DNA from: Candidatus Margulisiibacteriota bacterium
GTDB lineage: Bacteria; Margulisbacteria; Marinamargulisbacteria; JBFWNS01
Direction: 5' to 3'
Length of the DNA stretch: 64,000 nt
Assembly (NCBI GenBank): GCA_050250935.1
Contig: JBFWNS010000003.1
Coordinates: 1 to 64,000 of the forward strand
A program made the position numbers and the translations under genes. The notes under the pieces were generated by a model. The model was not told where the DNA came from and searched no databases. It was given only the letters and a program-made list of their open reading frames with translations. Positions 27,682-37,217 of the stretch are shown here, piece by piece (the stretch's first letter is position 1; the number at the start of each line of letters is the position of its first letter).

Positions 27682-27821
27682 CCTCTCTCACCTCCTCTCT
27701 GTCGGCCATAAACCGTGTGGGTTTGAACCGCAAGAGAAGGCATTGCCCTTGTGTGGCTTTTGTAAAAGCTTATCAGCCTTTGTTAGATTTTAAAATAATT
27801 TTTATATAAAGCACCTAAATA

Positions 27822-29375
27822 ATGAAAAACTATGATGTTGCGGTGATTGGTGGGGGAATTAATGGCGCTGGGATTGCCCGAGAATTGGCCTATCGGGGGC
27901 TTTCGGTGGCCTTGTTTGAACAAGATGATTTTGCGGCCCATACCAGCTCGGCGTCTTCCAAGATGTTGCATGGCGGCCTGCGCTATTTGGAACAAGCCCA
28001 GTTTAAATTGGTTTTCGAGGCTTTGCATGAGCGGCTTCAACTGCTGAAAATGGCCCCACACTTGGTAAAACCGTTGGCTTTTGTGTTGCCCATTTATAAA
28101 AAAGGAAGGCGCCCCGCTTGGTTGTATCGGTTTGGGGTTTGGCTTTACGATCGTTTGGCCGGTAAAGCCAATTTTGAAGAACATGTGTGGTTGTCCAAAG
28201 AAGCGGTTCTGGCCCAGTTTCCGGGCCTAAAAGCCGAGGGGTTGATGGGGGCCATTCGCTATTGGGATGCCCAAATGGACGATGCCCGTTTGTGTTTGGA
28301 AAATGTATTGCAGGCCCGCCAGTTTGGAGCCGATGTGTTTAATTACACCTCTGTAACCCAGGTTTTGCCCTGCGAAGGTGGGGTGTCCCTGACCCTGTCC
28401 CCCCGTTCTGGGGAAGGGTGGTGTGTGGTGGCCAAAGAAGTGGTGCTTGCTACGGGGGCTTGGGCAGATCAAATTTTGGTGGGCAAGCACCACCCCGTTC
28501 GCCCCAGTAAAGGCATCCATGTGGTGGTGAATCGACCGGCACCGGTGGATGCCTTGGTTCTGGAATCGCCTACCGACGCCCGTATTTTCTTTATTCTACC
28601 CTGGCAGGGCTTAACCTTGATCGGTACCACCGACGCCGATTACGCGGGAGATTTAAGCCGGGTTCAGGTCAGCCAAGACGAGATTCTGAGCTTGCTTGCC
28701 GAGGCCAATGCCCATTTGGACGATAGCCTGTCCCTTTCGGATGTGATCAGTGCTTTTGCCGGTCTAAGGCCCTTGTTGTCTTCGGTTGGAAAATCTACGG
28801 CGGGTTTAAGCCGAGAACACCGGTTCAGCAAACTGTCGCCCCATCTCTGGATGGTTTCGGGTGGCAAATACACCACCTATCGTTTGCTGGCCGAAACTGT
28901 GGCCCAGAAACTGTGGTCGGTGCTTGGAAAAACCGAGCCCTTTGCCGATGCAAAATCTCTGCCCCTCTATGGCGGCGAAATGGTGTCGGTTCGGGATCAT
29001 TTAACCCGATTTTCATCCGACGACTTGGATTTGTATTCGGTGTCAAAAGAAGTCTATGGCCGCATTTTGCGTCGCTATGGCAGCGCCTATCCCCAAGTGT
29101 TGGAACGGGTTGTCGGAGCACCAGATGGGCAGATGCCCCTGGGGACCACCGAGTATGTGGTGGGCGAGGTGATCTATATGGTTCAAGTCGAGATGGCCCA
29201 AACCTTGTTGGATGTTTTTAGACGTCGAACCGTTTTGCTGCTTTTACCCGATCATGGACGCTCTGCGCTGGAAAGTGTTTTAAAAATCATGGCCCATCAG
29301 CTAAACTGGTCCGACCAACGGCAAGCCGAAGAGCGGGCCGCCTACGAGGAAGCCATCCATGATTTTATCCGATAA
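27822..29375 (+). CDS. glpD: FAD-dependent glycerol-3-phosphate dehydrogenase
   Basis: VIGGGINGAG, TSSASSKMLHGGLRYL, DDARL, GLRPL, GGKYTTYR. Confidence 0.93.
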   Translation: MKNYDVAVIGGGINGAGIARELAYRGLSVALFEQDDFAAHTSSASSKMLHGGLRYLEQAQFKLVFEALHERLQLLKMAPHLVKPLAFVLPIYKKGRRPAWLYRFGVWLYDRLAGKANFEEHVWLSKEAVLAQFPGLKAEGLMGAIRYWDAQMDDARLCLENVLQARQFGADVFNYTSVTQVLPCEGGVSLTLSPRSGEGWCVVAKEVVLATGAWADQILVGKHHPVRPSKGIHVVVNRPAPVDALVLESPTDARIFFILPWQGLTLIGTTDADYAGDLSRVQVSQDEILSLLAEANAHLDDSLSLSDVISAFAGLRPLLSSVGKSTAGLSREHRFSKLSPHLWMVSGGKYTTYRLLAETVAQKLWSVLGKTEPFADAKSLPLYGGEMVSVRDHLTRFSSDDLDLYSVSKEVYGRILRRYGSAYPQVLERVVGAPDGQMPLGTTEYVVGEVIYMVQVEMAQTLLDVFRRRTVLLLLPDHGRSALESVLKIMAHQLNWSDQRQAEERAAYEEAIHDFIR

Positions 29376-29889
29376 TACCCTAAAAACCATGATCGCTGCT
29401 GGAGAGCTGGTGGTTGATCCACTGGCGCCGAATGGCATTCAGCCCGCTTCGATTGATTGTCGATTGGGTAATCATTTCTTGTTGGTGGAAGAAACCAAAA
29501 CCGACGTTTTGTCTTTTGATAAAGAGATTCACTACCGCGATATTTACGATGATAGCATCATTTTGCCACCGCATTCGTTTTTGTTGGCCACCACCATGGA
29601 ATACATTAAATTGCCCCACGATTTATCGGCCTTTGTCGAAGGTCGAAGCTCGGTTGGACGCATGGGCTTGTTTATTCAAAATGCAGGTTGGGTGGATGCC
29701 GGTTTTGAAGGATGTATTACCCTCGAACTCTACAATGCCAATGCCTTGCCCATTCGCTTGGAGAAAGGCAAACGCATTTGTCAGTTGGTGTTTTGTCGTA
29801 TGGATTCGGCGGCTTCGGTACCGTATCAAGGCAAATACCAAGGGCAAAGCAAATCGGTGGGCAGTCGGATTTTCCAGGATATCGACTAG
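29359..29889 (+). CDS. dcd: dCTP deaminase
   Basis: MILSD, IQPASID, EGRSSVGR, AGWVDAGF.G.ITLE, YQGKYQGQ. Confidence 0.95.
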   Translation: MILSDNTLKTMIAAGELVVDPLAPNGIQPASIDCRLGNHFLLVEETKTDVLSFDKEIHYRDIYDDSIILPPHSFLLATTMEYIKLPHDLSAFVEGRSSVGRMGLFIQNAGWVDAGFEGCITLELYNANALPIRLEKGKRICQLVFCRMDSAASVPYQGKYQGQSKSVGSRIFQDID

Positions 29890-29891
29890 AG

Positions 29892-30833
29892 ATGACGGTG
29901 TCCTTCCCCCTACGACGGTCCTGTCCGACTTGCCGACAACTGGGTACCGTTTCGGTTCATGCGGAGGGTCTTTCGTGTTCGGCTTGCGATTTCGAAGCCT
30001 CGTTTTTATGCCCCATTTGTGACCACGATGTTCAGGTTCTGGGTGATGTGGCCCAGTGTACCGACTGTCGGTCTAAAACCCCCCTCAAAAAAATCGCGTA
30101 TTTAATCGACAATGGGTTGATTGTGGACCACGACCTGAGGTGTACCACCTGTAATGGTCCGACCATTCATCGCCCGCAAATGAATTTGGCGTCTCGGTGT
30201 TATTTTTATCCCAATTGTTCGGGACAGACCGATTTGTTTAGTCAAAAGCGAGAGTCCTTTGTGTTTTTGGACTTTGAAACCACGGGGCTCGAGGCCGCTC
30301 GGGATGATATCATCGAAATTGGGGCCGTGAAGTTGGATGAAGAAGGGTATGAGCATACCTTTCAAACCTTTGTGAAGCCCAGTCAGGATATCGATGCCCG
30401 CATTACCGGCATCACCGGGATTACCAACGAGATGGTGGCAGGTGCGCCATCGCTTAAAGATAGCATGGCCCAACTGATGGATTTTGTGGGGGCCAGTAGC
30501 TTGGTGGCTCATAATGCTGATTTTGACATGATGTGGTTGGTGAGTTCGTTGTTGCAGCTTCAAATGCCTTTGCCTAAAGTGGAGGTGATTTGTACCTTTA
30601 AGTGGGCTAAAAAGCTTGGGGAGCCGCATTGTAGTTTGGGGGCTTTGTCTAAGAAATATAAGATTTCGCATCAGAATGCGCATCGGGCTTTGGCGGATGC
30701 TGCGGCGACTAAAGAGGTGTTTTTTATTTTTGAGAATTACCGGCGGGTGGCTCGGCCGGTGGTGCCGATTGGGGGGTATTTGGAGGCTTCTTTGAAGATG
30801 GTTAAGCGGTATGAGGCTTTTGCGCAAGCCTAA
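29892..30833 (+). CDS. DEDDh 3'-5' exonuclease (DnaQ-like) with N-terminal multi-zinc-ribbon
   Basis: CPTC/CSAC/CPIC/CTDC/CTTC/CYFYPNC, then FLDFETTG, AHNADFD, HRALADA. Confidence 0.85.
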   Translation: MTVSFPLRRSCPTCRQLGTVSVHAEGLSCSACDFEASFLCPICDHDVQVLGDVAQCTDCRSKTPLKKIAYLIDNGLIVDHDLRCTTCNGPTIHRPQMNLASRCYFYPNCSGQTDLFSQKRESFVFLDFETTGLEAARDDIIEIGAVKLDEEGYEHTFQTFVKPSQDIDARITGITGITNEMVAGAPSLKDSMAQLMDFVGASSLVAHNADFDMMWLVSSLLQLQMPLPKVEVICTFKWAKKLGEPHCSLGALSKKYKISHQNAHRALADAAATKEVFFIFENYRRVARPVVPIGGYLEASLKMVKRYEAFAQA

Positions 30834-30844
30834 AACGCTAAATC

Positions 30845-31014
30845 TTTAACGCTGAACGCCTAGGTGGGAACCACGCTGCGCGAGGTGCCCCCCTAGGACC
30901 CCCCACCTATGCTATACGCTCAAAACTCACCCACGCAGCCTTCGGCTGGATGGGGTTTCGGACATTTCGCTAATAAGGTTCCCCACCCCCTGCCCCCTCC
31001 CGATTGGAGGGGGA
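30845..31014 (+). repeat. Structured dispersed repeat, copy 2
   Basis: Collinear with 14788-14963, with compensatory stem changes. Confidence 0.85.
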
Positions 31015-31246
31015 ACGCAAGCGCTGAAGATTAACGCTTAGCGCGTTTTGGGATTGCTTCGTTTCACTTGCAATCGATTTTTGATCCATTTTTTAGCCAC
31101 CTTATCTCTGGAACGGAGTAACCGTTTCGCTGGAAAAAGCTGGAACAGGGCCGCGCAGCGGGAGGAAGATTGAACTTGCTTCAATGTTCCGACCCACAAA
31201 CGCTGTGCGTTTGTGATTCTAATCCTCCAAATTTGCTTTGCAAATT

Positions 31247-31322
31247 TGGAGCGGGAAAAGGGGTTCGAACCCTCGACCCTCAGCTTGGGAAGCTGATGCT
31301 CTACCAACTGAGCTATTCCCGC
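31247..31322 (-). tRNA. tRNA-Gly (CCC)
   Basis: GCGGGAATAGCTCAGTTGGTAGAGCATCAGCTTCCCAAGCTGAGGGTCGAGGGTTCGAACCCCTTTTCCCGCTCCA; 76 nt with encoded CCA. Confidence 0.97.
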
Positions 31323-31365
31323 TTAATTTTGGTGGAAAAAGTATAGCATCGGGCGACAATTCGGC

Positions 31366-33837
31366 TCAAGTGCCGGATGGGTGGTTGGTGGTGCCGGATG
31401 GGGTAATGTTTAAAGAGTGGGTAGAGGAATGGTGGTTTAGGCATTGGTGGCCAGGGATTGGGGCGGAGGCGCAGTGGGTTAGGGAGAGTAGTCTTATTTC
31501 GGGGCAGAGGCGTCGGAATTGGCGTAGGACGTTTTCGACTGGTGGGGTTTTGAGTTGGGTTTTGATGGCTTGGGTTTCTGTCATTTGGATCAAGAGGGGT
31601 TGTAGGGCTTCGTTGGGTTGGATGTGGGGAAGAAAGTCTTTTAGTAAGTTTAGGACCAGGGTGGTGTGGGTTTCTAGGGCGTTGGCGAGCCATTGGATTA
31701 TTTGGGTGGCTAACATTGGGTTTTTGTTAAGCGTTTTTGGGGAAAGTCTTAAGGCTATAAAAGTTTGTTCGTTTAGGAATGGGGTAGCGGCTATAGAAAG
31801 TGTTGCATAGTCGGCTTTGGCTTGGGTGTTGAGGCTCTCTAGAAGGGTTTGGGCTACCTGATTGAAGTCTGCGGCCCATTGTTTAATAATCGTTTCGGGT
31901 TCGCTGCCGGCGGATATGCGGATAAAATTGAGCCAGCGAATAAAGGTTAGGGTGGTCCAAGGAAAGCCGAATCCTGCTCGAAACGAGTGGCTCCATAGGT
32001 TGCGCATGTCTAGGGTCAGTAAATCGCTGGGTCGAACGCTGACATAGTTCAATGATTCGTCGTCCGAGGGAAGTACGCTTAATACCTCGTTGGTTTGAAG
32101 TGTTTCTCTTAAGAGCAGGGCGTTTTCAGACAGGCGGTGGTGATACTCGTCCAATGCTTTGGGGCAATGGGTTAGCAAGTGGGTAAAAAATTGAAAGGAG
32201 GGGTCGCAGACGTTTTCTGGGGCTTTTAACTTCCCAATTACGGTTGCAAAAACGCCGGGGTCTCCTGTCCAACTGCAATAGCCGCCGGCCACGGAATCCC
32301 AGCCAAATTCAAAAAATTTTTGGGCACTGCCGTAGGTGATTAAGAGCAATTGCCCCGCGTTGAGGCGTTGTTGAATGTCGGGATGTCGAAACAGGGCTTG
32401 AACCAGCGGATCGTTGAGTCGGTTAAAGGTGGTGTCGATGGCGACCATCAGCGGTTTTTTTCGGTCGGGGGGGCAGTGGTCCAGAATCAGTTTAATCAGA
32501 TCTGCGGGTGGGGGGTAGTGGGTGTCGGTGTCAGAGACTGGGGAATGAAAATAAGCGAATAAAAGATCTAGGGCGTGGGATGGGGGTTGAGAAGGAATAT
32601 TGAATACGGTTGCCGCTTCCGAATGCAAAGTACTGGCATACAACCCACTTTCATAATACATGTTGTCTTGATAGCCAACTTGAAGGGGCCGGTCTGGGGC
32701 CAAGGCTTTGGCCGCCAATAAAATGCCCGATTCTGCAGCCATGCCCGAGGCAAAAACCGTGGCTTCTGTGGGCATCTGGGCCGATAATCCTGTGGCGTGG
32801 CAGTAGGCAGCCGTAAAGTCGTTGTTAACGCGATATCTGGGTTGTAATAAGAGCAGTCCGTAAACTTCGCCTAGCAATCTGTGGCAGGGTTGTATCAGTT
32901 CTTGGAACGTGGTTCTTGTGGGGTTTTCTTTGAAACGGTCGATGCGATTTTCGAGTTCTTCACAAGTTCGATCGATTCGGGCCAGGGTGTCGTTGGCTGC
33001 TAAATCGAGTAATGGGCCGAGGCTGTTGCGAAGTGCAACCAAAAGATAGTCGATGCTTGGACAGGTTAGGCTCTGGAGCTTGGCGTGTATCAAAGGAGTC
33101 AGATCTGGTTTTACGGGTACTGGGCTGGGCTGAACGTCAGGATGAAGCAGAGCAAGACTTCCCCGCAGGGTTTTGCCATGCGCAAAGACAAAATCGGCCA
33201 ATTCAATGGGCATGGCTACTAGCCCTCGGTGCGATAGGATGTCGAAGAGGGTGTTTTTGCATCCTTCTGGGTCTTGCGGATGGGGGTGGGCAATCAAGAG
33301 GGTTCTCTTTTCGATAGGGAGGAGGGTGATCATCAAATGGTTTCGGTGTAATGCAACACTGTCGGCAGTTCCAGCGTCCTTTTCGGGTAAAATCCAAAGG
33401 ATTTTGCGAGGTTCAAGGTCGGGATCTAGGGTATCAACGGGGGCAGAGAGAGGGCAAATTTCGAAATGTTGGGCCAGCACAGCGCTTGGATCTTGACGCA
33501 GAAAAAGGGCATAGGGTCCACAGTTGTAGGCTTCTTCTAAACGGTGAACCAACGGCAACTGTCTTTGAGCCGTTCTGGCATAGATTGGGCGTAGCGCAGC
33601 ATTGGCGATTCTGGGCACCCAAGGCGAAAGGGCCTCGTTATCCACCAAGCCCCGATCCAGGGCCACCGAGTTTCTGTAGCCATAGGTTACAAAAAATTGA
33701 ACCCACTTCTGTTGCAAAGCCGGGTCCAGCGTTTCGGGGTAGCTGGCCAATTGTGCAACGATTTCAAAATAATGCCTCAGATGGGGATCTGGTTCCTTGG
33801 AAGGTCCCAGGGCAATGATTTTGGTTTGAAAGAACAC
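31366..33837 (-). CDS. Large protein with a central fold-type-I PLP-enzyme-like domain (Cys/Met metabolism-like)
   Basis: VFASGMAA, YYES, VAIDTT, SAQKF..G.D..AGG, RAGFGF, IRISAG; long unknown flanks; GTG after AAGGGGG. Confidence 0.6.
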   Translation of the reverse strand: MFFQTKIIALGPSKEPDPHLRHYFEIVAQLASYPETLDPALQQKWVQFFVTYGYRNSVALDRGLVDNEALSPWVPRIANAALRPIYARTAQRQLPLVHRLEEAYNCGPYALFLRQDPSAVLAQHFEICPLSAPVDTLDPDLEPRKILWILPEKDAGTADSVALHRNHLMITLLPIEKRTLLIAHPHPQDPEGCKNTLFDILSHRGLVAMPIELADFVFAHGKTLRGSLALLHPDVQPSPVPVKPDLTPLIHAKLQSLTCPSIDYLLVALRNSLGPLLDLAANDTLARIDRTCEELENRIDRFKENPTRTTFQELIQPCHRLLGEVYGLLLLQPRYRVNNDFTAAYCHATGLSAQMPTEATVFASGMAAESGILLAAKALAPDRPLQVGYQDNMYYESGLYASTLHSEAATVFNIPSQPPSHALDLLFAYFHSPVSDTDTHYPPPADLIKLILDHCPPDRKKPLMVAIDTTFNRLNDPLVQALFRHPDIQQRLNAGQLLLITYGSAQKFFEFGWDSVAGGYCSWTGDPGVFATVIGKLKAPENVCDPSFQFFTHLLTHCPKALDEYHHRLSENALLLRETLQTNEVLSVLPSDDESLNYVSVRPSDLLTLDMRNLWSHSFRAGFGFPWTTLTFIRWLNFIRISAGSEPETIIKQWAADFNQVAQTLLESLNTQAKADYATLSIAATPFLNEQTFIALRLSPKTLNKNPMLATQIIQWLANALETHTTLVLNLLKDFLPHIQPNEALQPLLIQMTETQAIKTQLKTPPVENVLRQFRRLCPEIRLLSLTHCASAPIPGHQCLNHHSSTHSLNITPSGTTNHPSGT

Positions 33838-33941
33838 AGAACCCCCTTAGCGCCTTGCAATTTAACAAAAAAATTATCAAAAATTATTAATTTAAATGAT
33901 ACCCTTTGGCCGTTCTTTTTTCAAGTTTTTTTAAGCGTTAA

Positions 33942-36785
33942 CTAAAATAGTTTATCAAAATCAATATCCACAATCGGTAGTTTTAAGGCTTCCAATTGAG
34001 GCCGAACCAACATGCGATCGCCAACCACAACGACCACCATGTTCGACAAAGGCAAATTGGTTTTGGCCAAGGCATCGACATCTGCTTTGGTTAAAGATGC
34101 CAACAGGGCGCGTCGTTTCGATAAAAACAGTGGCGACAAATGATAGGTTAAAATCCGATTCAACAATTCGGCTTTTTGATAGTCCGTTTCCAGCTTCAAC
34201 GCTTCACTTTGGGAAATAGCCCGTTTCATAAAAGCCAATTCGGTTTCGGTGATCCCTTGTTTTTTATAGGTGTTCATCACCACAAACAGGTCTTTAATGG
34301 CTTCGCCGGTGGATTCCATTCGAAAGGCTCCCAAGGCTGCAAAAGGTCCTTTCCATACAGAACCTGTAAACCCAGATCCAGCGCCATAGGTCAGTCCTTT
34401 GTCTTCTCGGAGTTGTAAGTTAATTCGACAGCTAAAGGTGCCGCCCAAGGGGTAATTCATCAAGGTGGCTTTGTAAAACGGACCAGTTGCGTCGTAAGGC
34501 ATGGCCAAATAGCCAATGCGAATTTCGCTTTGAACGGCGTGTTTTTTGTCCACAAAGAAAATTTTTGGTTTGGCATAACTTGGGCTTTTGGGTTCTTGGG
34601 GCAGGGCAATCCCAGAAGATTTCCAGTTCCCCAAAAAGGCCAGCTTGGCCATCAGTTGCTCTTGGCTGAGGTTCGATACGGCGCTTAATTGGGCCAAATG
34701 CGGCGAATAGGCCAGGGCATAGTATTGGCGGCAATCGGCCAAGCTGATGTTCTGAATGGATTTAGCAGTCCCTTCCACGGGATAGGCCCAAGGGTGTTGA
34801 GGCCCGTAAAGAACCCGTCGAAAGGTTTGATTGGCCACATAGTCGGCCTTGGTGGCCAGGTGGGCACTTTCTTCGGTTTTTTGATTTTTGATTCGATTAA
34901 AATCCGCTTCTTTAAATCCTGGGTTAAAAAGCCGTTCTTGCAGCAACACCAGGGTTTTGTCGAGGTTGTCTGTCAACGATTCAACCGTAATGACGGTGCT
35001 GTCTTCGTCGGACCCAATCAAGATGCTGCTGCCCAGTTTTTCCAGGCTTTCGGTGATGGCTTCGTTGGTGGTCGATTTGCTGTCTTGCATCAGCATATCG
35101 GCGGTCAGTTGGGCGAGACCTGCTTTTTGTGGCGCTACCAACCGGTGTCCGCCTTGGATGGTGATTTGAAGCAAGGTGGTGGGAAAACGGGTGTCCTGAA
35201 TGCCTGCGAATTTGAGGGTGTTGGGAAGATCTGCAAACCAAATTTTGGGCTCTTTAATCACTGGAGCGGGGCCTGCTGTGGGTTGAATGTTGCGATCGAA
35301 GGTGTCTTGAACCGGGCGAAGTGGCATGGGAATGGAGGGTTTCGTGGTCAGGTTTGAAGAGGGAATAATATAGGAGTCTGGGCCAGCAATCAAAGACCGA
35401 TAACCTTTGGGATACACACTCAAAGCGACAAAAGGTTTGCCTTTGATGTAGGTGTTGTACACCCGCAAGACATCGTCTTTGGACACGGCTAAATATTGGG
35501 CGGTGTCATAGGGAAGGCCATTGGGATTTCCCGCCAAGGTTTGGTAGTTGGCCAGCAAAAAGCCTTTGTCGTCGACGCTTTTAAGTTGGTTGGCTGTGTC
35601 TTTTAGGACCGAGGCTTTAAACCGTTCCAAATCGTCGTTGGAAATGCCATCGGTTTCGATGCTTTTCAGCACAGCTTTGATCTGTGACAAGGTTTCCACC
35701 AACGATTGATTGGGATACCCAATGGCATTGATGGTGAATTCCCCAGCCAATTCAGAGCAAGAATTAAAGGCGTTGGCCTGCAAAGCCAGTTGGGGTTTAA
35801 CCATTTTTTGATTCAACCGGGAGGTCACCCCTTGCCCAATAATCATGGCCAGACAGTCTAGGGGGGCTTCGTCTTTGTGATAGCTGGGCACGGTGGGAAA
35901 AGTCAGCACCAGTTGGGGGAATCTCACCATGGGATCTTCATGAGAGACGAATCGGTTTTGGTCTAAAATAACGGGTTCGGGTTTGGGTTTTTCGACCAAA
36001 GGACCTGCGGGGATGGGGTCAAAATATTTTTCGATCCAGGTTAAGGCTTGGGTTTTGTCGAAATCACCGCAAAGCGTTAAAACGGCGTTGTTGGGGCCAT
36101 ACCAACGCAAAAAGAAATATCGTAAATCGTCGACTGTGGCATTGTTTAAATCGTTGATGTACCCAATGGTCAACCACGAATAGGGGTGGGTTGGGGGATA
36201 CAAAGCCCTCATCGTTTGTTCGCCACTAAGGCCGTAGGGGCGATTGTCGAAGTTTTGGCGTCTTTCGTTTTTGACGGTGTCGCGTTGGGTTTCGAATTTG
36301 GCTTTGTCGACGGCATCCAATAAAAAGCCCATGCGGTCGGCTTCCAACCACAACATGGTTTCGAGTTGGTTGGCTGGAACGGTTTCAAAATAATTGGTTC
36401 TGTCTCGGCTGGTGGTTCCATTCAAACGACCCCCAGCTTCGGTGATGATGCGAAAATGCTCTTTGTTGGCAACATGTTTGGAGCCCTGGAACATCATGTG
36501 CTCAAAAAAATGTGCAAACCCCGATTTGCCCACGGCTTCTCTGGCCGATCCCACGTGGTAGGTCATACTGACATGCACAATAGGGTTGCTGTGGTCTTCG
36601 CTCAAAATCACGATTAACCCATTGGGCAGTTGGTATTTTTCGAAAGGAATGAACCAATTGGAATTGGAAGTACTGACTTTTTCAATCAGCTTTGGAATCG
36701 CAAATAGGGGTTGAGATCCCAAAATCAAAGCGAAAAAAGTGGCAAAAATCAGGTTGAAGCCAAGGGATCGAAGCGAAATTTTCAT
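33942..36785 (-). CDS. M16 (insulinase) zinc peptidase, exported
   Basis: Signal peptide; HFFEH inverted zinc motif; NGTT..DRTNY; LREDKGLTYG. Confidence 0.93.
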   Translation of the reverse strand: MKISLRSLGFNLIFATFFALILGSQPLFAIPKLIEKVSTSNSNWFIPFEKYQLPNGLIVILSEDHSNPIVHVSMTYHVGSAREAVGKSGFAHFFEHMMFQGSKHVANKEHFRIITEAGGRLNGTTSRDRTNYFETVPANQLETMLWLEADRMGFLLDAVDKAKFETQRDTVKNERRQNFDNRPYGLSGEQTMRALYPPTHPYSWLTIGYINDLNNATVDDLRYFFLRWYGPNNAVLTLCGDFDKTQALTWIEKYFDPIPAGPLVEKPKPEPVILDQNRFVSHEDPMVRFPQLVLTFPTVPSYHKDEAPLDCLAMIIGQGVTSRLNQKMVKPQLALQANAFNSCSELAGEFTINAIGYPNQSLVETLSQIKAVLKSIETDGISNDDLERFKASVLKDTANQLKSVDDKGFLLANYQTLAGNPNGLPYDTAQYLAVSKDDVLRVYNTYIKGKPFVALSVYPKGYRSLIAGPDSYIIPSSNLTTKPSIPMPLRPVQDTFDRNIQPTAGPAPVIKEPKIWFADLPNTLKFAGIQDTRFPTTLLQITIQGGHRLVAPQKAGLAQLTADMLMQDSKSTTNEAITESLEKLGSSILIGSDEDSTVITVESLTDNLDKTLVLLQERLFNPGFKEADFNRIKNQKTEESAHLATKADYVANQTFRRVLYGPQHPWAYPVEGTAKSIQNISLADCRQYYALAYSPHLAQLSAVSNLSQEQLMAKLAFLGNWKSSGIALPQEPKSPSYAKPKIFFVDKKHAVQSEIRIGYLAMPYDATGPFYKATLMNYPLGGTFSCRINLQLREDKGLTYGAGSGFTGSVWKGPFAALGAFRMESTGEAIKDLFVVMNTYKKQGITETELAFMKRAISQSEALKLETDYQKAELLNRILTYHLSPLFLSKRRALLASLTKADVDALAKTNLPLSNMVVVVVGDRMLVRPQLEALKLPIVDIDFDKLF

Positions 36786-36887
36786 GGGGTGTCCTTAAGC
36801 GTGGAAATACCTTCATTTTAAGAAAGGTTTAAGAATCACACAACCGGGGCATTACTTTTTTATAGTTCAAAAAAGAGGTGAAATTCA

Positions 36888-37205
36888 ATGTCAGACCAAG
36901 AACAATTGCTGGAAATGGGTCATTTTGTGGCCTCTCAATTAAAACCGCAAGAACAAGGTGTACGTATTCAAGCGACCCTTGCCCCAGGTTTAAAATGGGA
37001 TGCTTGGATTTCGCGAACCGAATTGGTGCTTAAAGAGAAAAGAGATTTAACCGAAACCTCTTATAAGATGGGGTTTAATCCCGCTTCGTTTGAAGTGGAC
37101 GAAGAACCGGTCGAAAAACAAGTGTTGTCGGGGTTGAAAGATAAAATCAAATTGTTACTTGCCATGGTGGGGCAGCATAAGGCCACTGTGGTGTTTGTGG
37201 TGTAG
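36888..37205 (+). CDS. Hypothetical protein
   Basis: 105 aa, SD GAGGTGA. Confidence 0.7.
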   Translation: MSDQEQLLEMGHFVASQLKPQEQGVRIQATLAPGLKWDAWISRTELVLKEKRDLTETSYKMGFNPASFEVDEEPVEKQVLSGLKDKIKLLLAMVGQHKATVVFVV

Positions 37206-37217
37206 GGGGAGGTTTTA

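Noticed and set aside
27555..27760. 6S RNA
   Set aside because: Size and end-pairing fit loosely, but I could not build the long central-bubble rod, and an SD-led ORF explains the sequence better. An Rfam check is still advisable.
27606..27809. 67-aa + strand ORF
   Set aside because: No convincing SD or motif; the opposite strand has a strong SD and a coherent peptide.
30102..30827. 241-aa - strand ORF and similar long antisense ORFs (34689-35357, 4260-4979)
   Set aside because: They are shadow or alternative frames over well-supported genes and carry no motifs.
31038..31810. ORFs 31038-31307, 31238-31810 and 31313-31693
   Set aside because: They are translations of the tRNA-Gly gene or alternative frames of the 823-aa gene.
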